Below are positions 61,175 through 64,000 of a stretch of 64,000 bases of DNA, piece by piece. Location: the NCBI GenBank assembly GCA_963782055.1, contig CAWAIF010000003.1, positions 2,752,001 through 2,816,000 on the forward strand. Reading direction: 5' to 3'. Position numbers and translations under genes: made by a program. The stretch's first letter is position 1. The number at the start of each line of letters is the position of its first letter. Below the pieces are notes generated by a model that worked only from the letters and a program-made list of their open reading frames with translations, did no database searches and was not told where the DNA came from. Origin of the DNA: an uncultured delta proteobacterium (GTDB taxonomy: Bacteria > Myxococcota_A > Polyangia > Polyangiales > Polyangiaceae).

Positions 61175-61378
61175 ATGTACGTCTGCGTCTGCCACGCCGT
61201 CACCGATGACAAGGTCCAGTCCGCCCTCGCGGGCGGTGCGACCACCCGCGAGGAGGTCACCCGCGCCTGCCGGGCGGGGGGTGACTGCGGGGCCTGCCAC
61301 GGCCACATCGAGGACATGATCGAGGAGCATCAGGAGCTGGTCGCCGCCAGCCGCCTGGTTCGCGAGCGCGCCGCCTAG
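61175..61378 (+). CDS. bfd: Bacterioferritin-associated [2Fe-2S] ferredoxin
   Basis: MYVCVCHAVTD...AGGDCGAC; adjacent to bfr. Confidence 0.92.
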   Translation: MYVCVCHAVTDDKVQSALAGGATTREEVTRACRAGGDCGACHGHIEDMIEEHQELVAASRLVRERAA

Positions 61379-61439
61379 ACGGCGAGGGCCAGCAGAAGCT
61401 GCCCCCATCTGGCCGCAGCGCCGGGGGCCAGGGCCGCGT

Positions 61440-61814
61440 CTACTGCGACATCTCCACGGTGACGGCCTGCGTGATCACGTGGCACCCGCCCTGGTCCACC
61501 GGGATGTCGGTGACGAAGGTGTCCTGGTAGCTCGCGCGGGAGACGTCCACCTCGTAGGTGCCGGGCCGCTCGAAGGCGCCCTGGTAGTCGCACGAGGAGA
61601 CCGGCCCGGCGGGCTGCAGATCCTCCGAGTAGGCGCCATCCACCGCGGTGACCACGGCGTCGCAGATGCGATCGCCTGTCGCCTGGTCGACGACGACGAC
61701 GTCCAGACCTGGCTGCGAGATGTTGTCGTTGCAGGAGGGGGTGGTGTTGATGACGCAGCCGCTGGTCACGGCTGCCCCGACCAGGAGAAAGGACAATAGC
61801 AAGCGATGGGTCAT
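61440..61814 (-). CDS. Small lipoprotein (carboxypeptidase-regulatory-like beta-sandwich)
   Basis: VTSGC lipobox; L.V.VVD..TG..ICDA.V, ERPGTYEV.VSR..Y. Confidence 0.7.
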   Translation of the reverse strand: MTHRLLLSFLLVGAAVTSGCVINTTPSCNDNISQPGLDVVVVDQATGDRICDAVVTAVDGAYSEDLQPAGPVSSCDYQGAFERPGTYEVDVSRASYQDTFVTDIPVDQGGCHVITQAVTVEMSQ

Positions 61815-61888
61815 GGGGCTTGGACGAGGGTAGAGCACGTTGTACGCAGCGGGCGCACACGAAGAACGTAAAGAAATCTCACGAAGGC

Positions 61889-62638
61889 TCAGGCGCGCTC
61901 CCCGCAGAAGCGGTCCACCAGGAAGGAGGCGACCGCGGAGGGGGTGGTGCCGGGGCCGAACCCTGCATCGTAGCCTAGCTCCAGGGCGAGCTTGTGGTCG
62001 ATGCGCGGGCCGCCGAGCAGCAGCACGAGGTTCTTGCGCACGCCCTTCTTCTCCAGGAGCGCGACGAAGGCGCCGGCGTTCTCCTTGTGGCAGTTGCGCT
62101 GGGTGATCACCTGGCTCACCAGCACCGCATCCGCCTTCAGCGCGAGGGCCCGCTCGGCGAGCTGCTCGTTGTCCACCTGCGCGCCCAGGTTGTAGGCCTC
62201 GAAGCCCTTGTAGCTCTCCAGGCCCTTGTCCCCCGCGTAGCCTTTGTAGTTGAGGATGGCGTCGATGCCGACGGTGTGGGCGTCGGAGCCGGTGCACGCG
62301 CCGACGACGACGATCTTGCGACCCAGCCGCGCCTTGATGCGGCGCTCGATCTCCTCGCGGGTGAGCGCCTCGGTCCGCACCTCCGGCACGTCGATCTTGG
62401 AGGCGTCCACCGCGTGGCGCGAGTGGCCGTAGACGACGAAGTAGCAGTAGCCCTCGGCGCACTCCTCCATCGTCGCGACGATGGGCTCGCGCAGGCCGTG
62501 GAGCTCGGCGAAGCGCTTGGCGGCCTCGCGCGCGCGTGCGGAGGGCGGCAGCTCGAGCACGAAGCTCATCTGCACCATGCCGTCGCCCTCGCGGTCGCCG
62601 TAGGCGCGCAGCGGGTTGTTGGGGGGCGTCGCACGCAT
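61889..62638 (-). CDS. kamE: Lysine 5,6-aminomutase beta subunit (B12-binding)
   Basis: YGD..GDGMVQMSF.L, GACTGSDAHTVGIDAI (DxHxxG), NYKGYAG..GLE.Y (PLP Lys), LVSQ..TQ, GYDAGFGPG. Confidence 0.93.
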   Translation of the reverse strand: MRATPPNNPLRAYGDREGDGMVQMSFVLELPPSARAREAAKRFAELHGLREPIVATMEECAEGYCYFVVYGHSRHAVDASKIDVPEVRTEALTREEIERRIKARLGRKIVVVGACTGSDAHTVGIDAILNYKGYAGDKGLESYKGFEAYNLGAQVDNEQLAERALALKADAVLVSQVITQRNCHKENAGAFVALLEKKGVRKNLVLLLGGPRIDHKLALELGYDAGFGPGTTPSAVASFLVDRFCGERA

Positions 62639-62640
62639 GA

Positions 62641-63999
62641 CTAGGCTCCCGCCTCCAGCGCTTCCAGGATGGGGTTGAGGTACTCGGCGTGGCGGGGGGT
62701 GACTCCCGCGTAGCCCTTGCCGCCGGTGCGCGTGCGCTTCACGTCGGCGAAGGCGCCCTTGCCGATGGCCTCCCAGATGGTGTCGCGGCGGACCTCCTCC
62801 AGCGTGCCGTGGGCCTCGTCCAGCACCTGGACTGCCCGGCGGGCGACGCGCCCGTCCGGCTTGAAGGCGATCTCCTCGCCCAGGTGCTTGCATGCATTGA
62901 ACACGTACTTCGTCGCCTTGAGGGAGAGGTAGCGGTCCATGAGCAGGGGATTGTGGACGGCCTCGCTGAACATACCCAAGAGCTCGATGGACTGGTTCGT
63001 CGTGATGCCCACCACGTTGAACATGGCGTCGTGGACGTGGCTCTGGAAGACATCGCCCGTCTTGTGCTTGGTGGGAGGCATCCACTTGATGGGGTGGCGG
63101 TCGAAGATCTGCCGGACGAGCTGCGCCTGCGCGATCTCCATGAGGAAGCTGTCCTCGATCCACGGGTCGATCTCGAAGGCGTGGCCGAGGCCCATCTGCT
63201 CCTCCTTCAACCCCGCGCGCAGGGCGAAGGCCTCGTTGATGAACTGGCTGGCGAGCACCGTGTGCGCCTTCTCCACCGCGTCCGCTGTCGTCAGGTAGTT
63301 GTCCTCGCCGGTGTTGATGACGATGCCGCTGCGGGCGATGAACCGACGCGACACGTACTGATCGACGAAGGTGCGGCACATGTTGATGTCGCGGAAGAGG
63401 ATGCCGTACATCGCGTCGTTGAGGAGCATGTCCAGCCGCTCCACGGCGCCCATCCAGGCGATCTCCGCCATGCAGAGGCCGGAGGAGTAGTTGGTCTGGT
63501 GGATGTAGCGGTCGTACTTGTCCGTCGCCTCGTCCAGGGCGTCGCGCACGATGCGGAAGTTTTCCTGCGTGGCGAAGGTGCCGCCGTAGCCCTCGGTCGT
63601 GGCGCCGTGGGGGACGTAGTCGAGCAGCGACTGCGCGGTGGCGCGGATGACGGCGATGACGTCGGCTCCCGCGAACGCGGCGGCCTTCGCCTGCACCGCG
63701 TCGTCGTAGATGTTGCCCGTCGCGACGATGACGTACTTCAGCGGCGTGGGGCCCGGCGGCACGCGCGCCTTGAGCTCTTGCCGCTGCGCGCGGGCGGCGT
63801 CGATGCGGTCGAGCGCGGCGGCGACGTGCGGGCGCAGGGCGCCGCGGACCTCCTCGGAGGAGGCGCCGGCCTCGCCGCGGTCCACCTCCGGACCGAAGGC
63901 GAGGCGCTCGGCCGCGTCCTGCACGTTGCGGGCGCCGGCGAGGAGGGCGCGGCCGAGGAAGAAGCTGATGCCGCGGCCCAGGAGCCCGGCCTGGTGGTA
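62641..63999 (-). CDS. kamD: Lysine 5,6-aminomutase alpha subunit, 5'-truncated by the window
   Basis: YVIVATGNIYDD, GADVIAVIR.TAQSLLDYVP.GATTEG.GGT.ATQENF, NYSSGLCM.EIA, INTGEDNYLTT, MGLGHAFE, MPPTK. Confidence 0.95.
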   Translation of the reverse strand, partial: YHQAGLLGRGISFFLGRALLAGARNVQDAAERLAFGPEVDRGEAGASSEEVRGALRPHVAAALDRIDAARAQRQELKARVPPGPTPLKYVIVATGNIYDDAVQAKAAAFAGADVIAVIRATAQSLLDYVPHGATTEGYGGTFATQENFRIVRDALDEATDKYDRYIHQTNYSSGLCMAEIAWMGAVERLDMLLNDAMYGILFRDINMCRTFVDQYVSRRFIARSGIVINTGEDNYLTTADAVEKAHTVLASQFINEAFALRAGLKEEQMGLGHAFEIDPWIEDSFLMEIAQAQLVRQIFDRHPIKWMPPTKHKTGDVFQSHVHDAMFNVVGITTNQSIELLGMFSEAVHNPLLMDRYLSLKATKYVFNACKHLGEEIAFKPDGRVARRAVQVLDEAHGTLEEVRRDTIWEAIGKGAFADVKRTRTGGKGYAGVTPRHAEYLNPILEALEAGA

Positions 64000-64000
64000 G

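Overview
High-GC window whose gene content (many Cys-rich lipoproteins, a eukaryotic-type Ser/Thr kinase, bactofilin, the rpoN-hpf-ptsN-hprK-rapZ-ptsH-ptsI cluster, kamDE) suggests a myxobacterium, probably Polyangiaceae-like; this assignment is inference. About 55 CDS are supported. Housekeeping loci are rpsO-pnp, the rpoN/PTS cluster, bfr/bfd, a Prx, mpg and an LptD-like gene. The rest is mostly secreted, lipoprotein or outer-membrane genes. The main finding is a complete group II intron (12156-14192) inserted immediately after the ATG of an apparently leaderless gene. It starts with GUGCG but ends in ...AUG rather than AY, supported by branch-A spacing and a compensatory C at the gamma position. 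It carries a CAUG in its putative EBS1 loop, rebuilds an SD plus start codon at its 3' end, and keeps the host ATG in frame with its RT. Other observations: a recurring leaderless-promoter signature (TAnnnT + 6-7 nt + start codon); two IgGFc-binding-like paralogs with a permuted internal segment; a POT transporter with a PepT1-like loop insertion; a 5'-nucleotidase / OB-fold lipoprotein / beta-barrel operon; sigma-54 sites, including one in front of rpoN; a Fur box between divergent bfr and bfd; and three frameshifts, two at the same CAGAATCC motif, probably sequencing errors. I saw no CRISPR array, tRNA or rRNA. All family calls come from motif recognition by eye; no searches were run.
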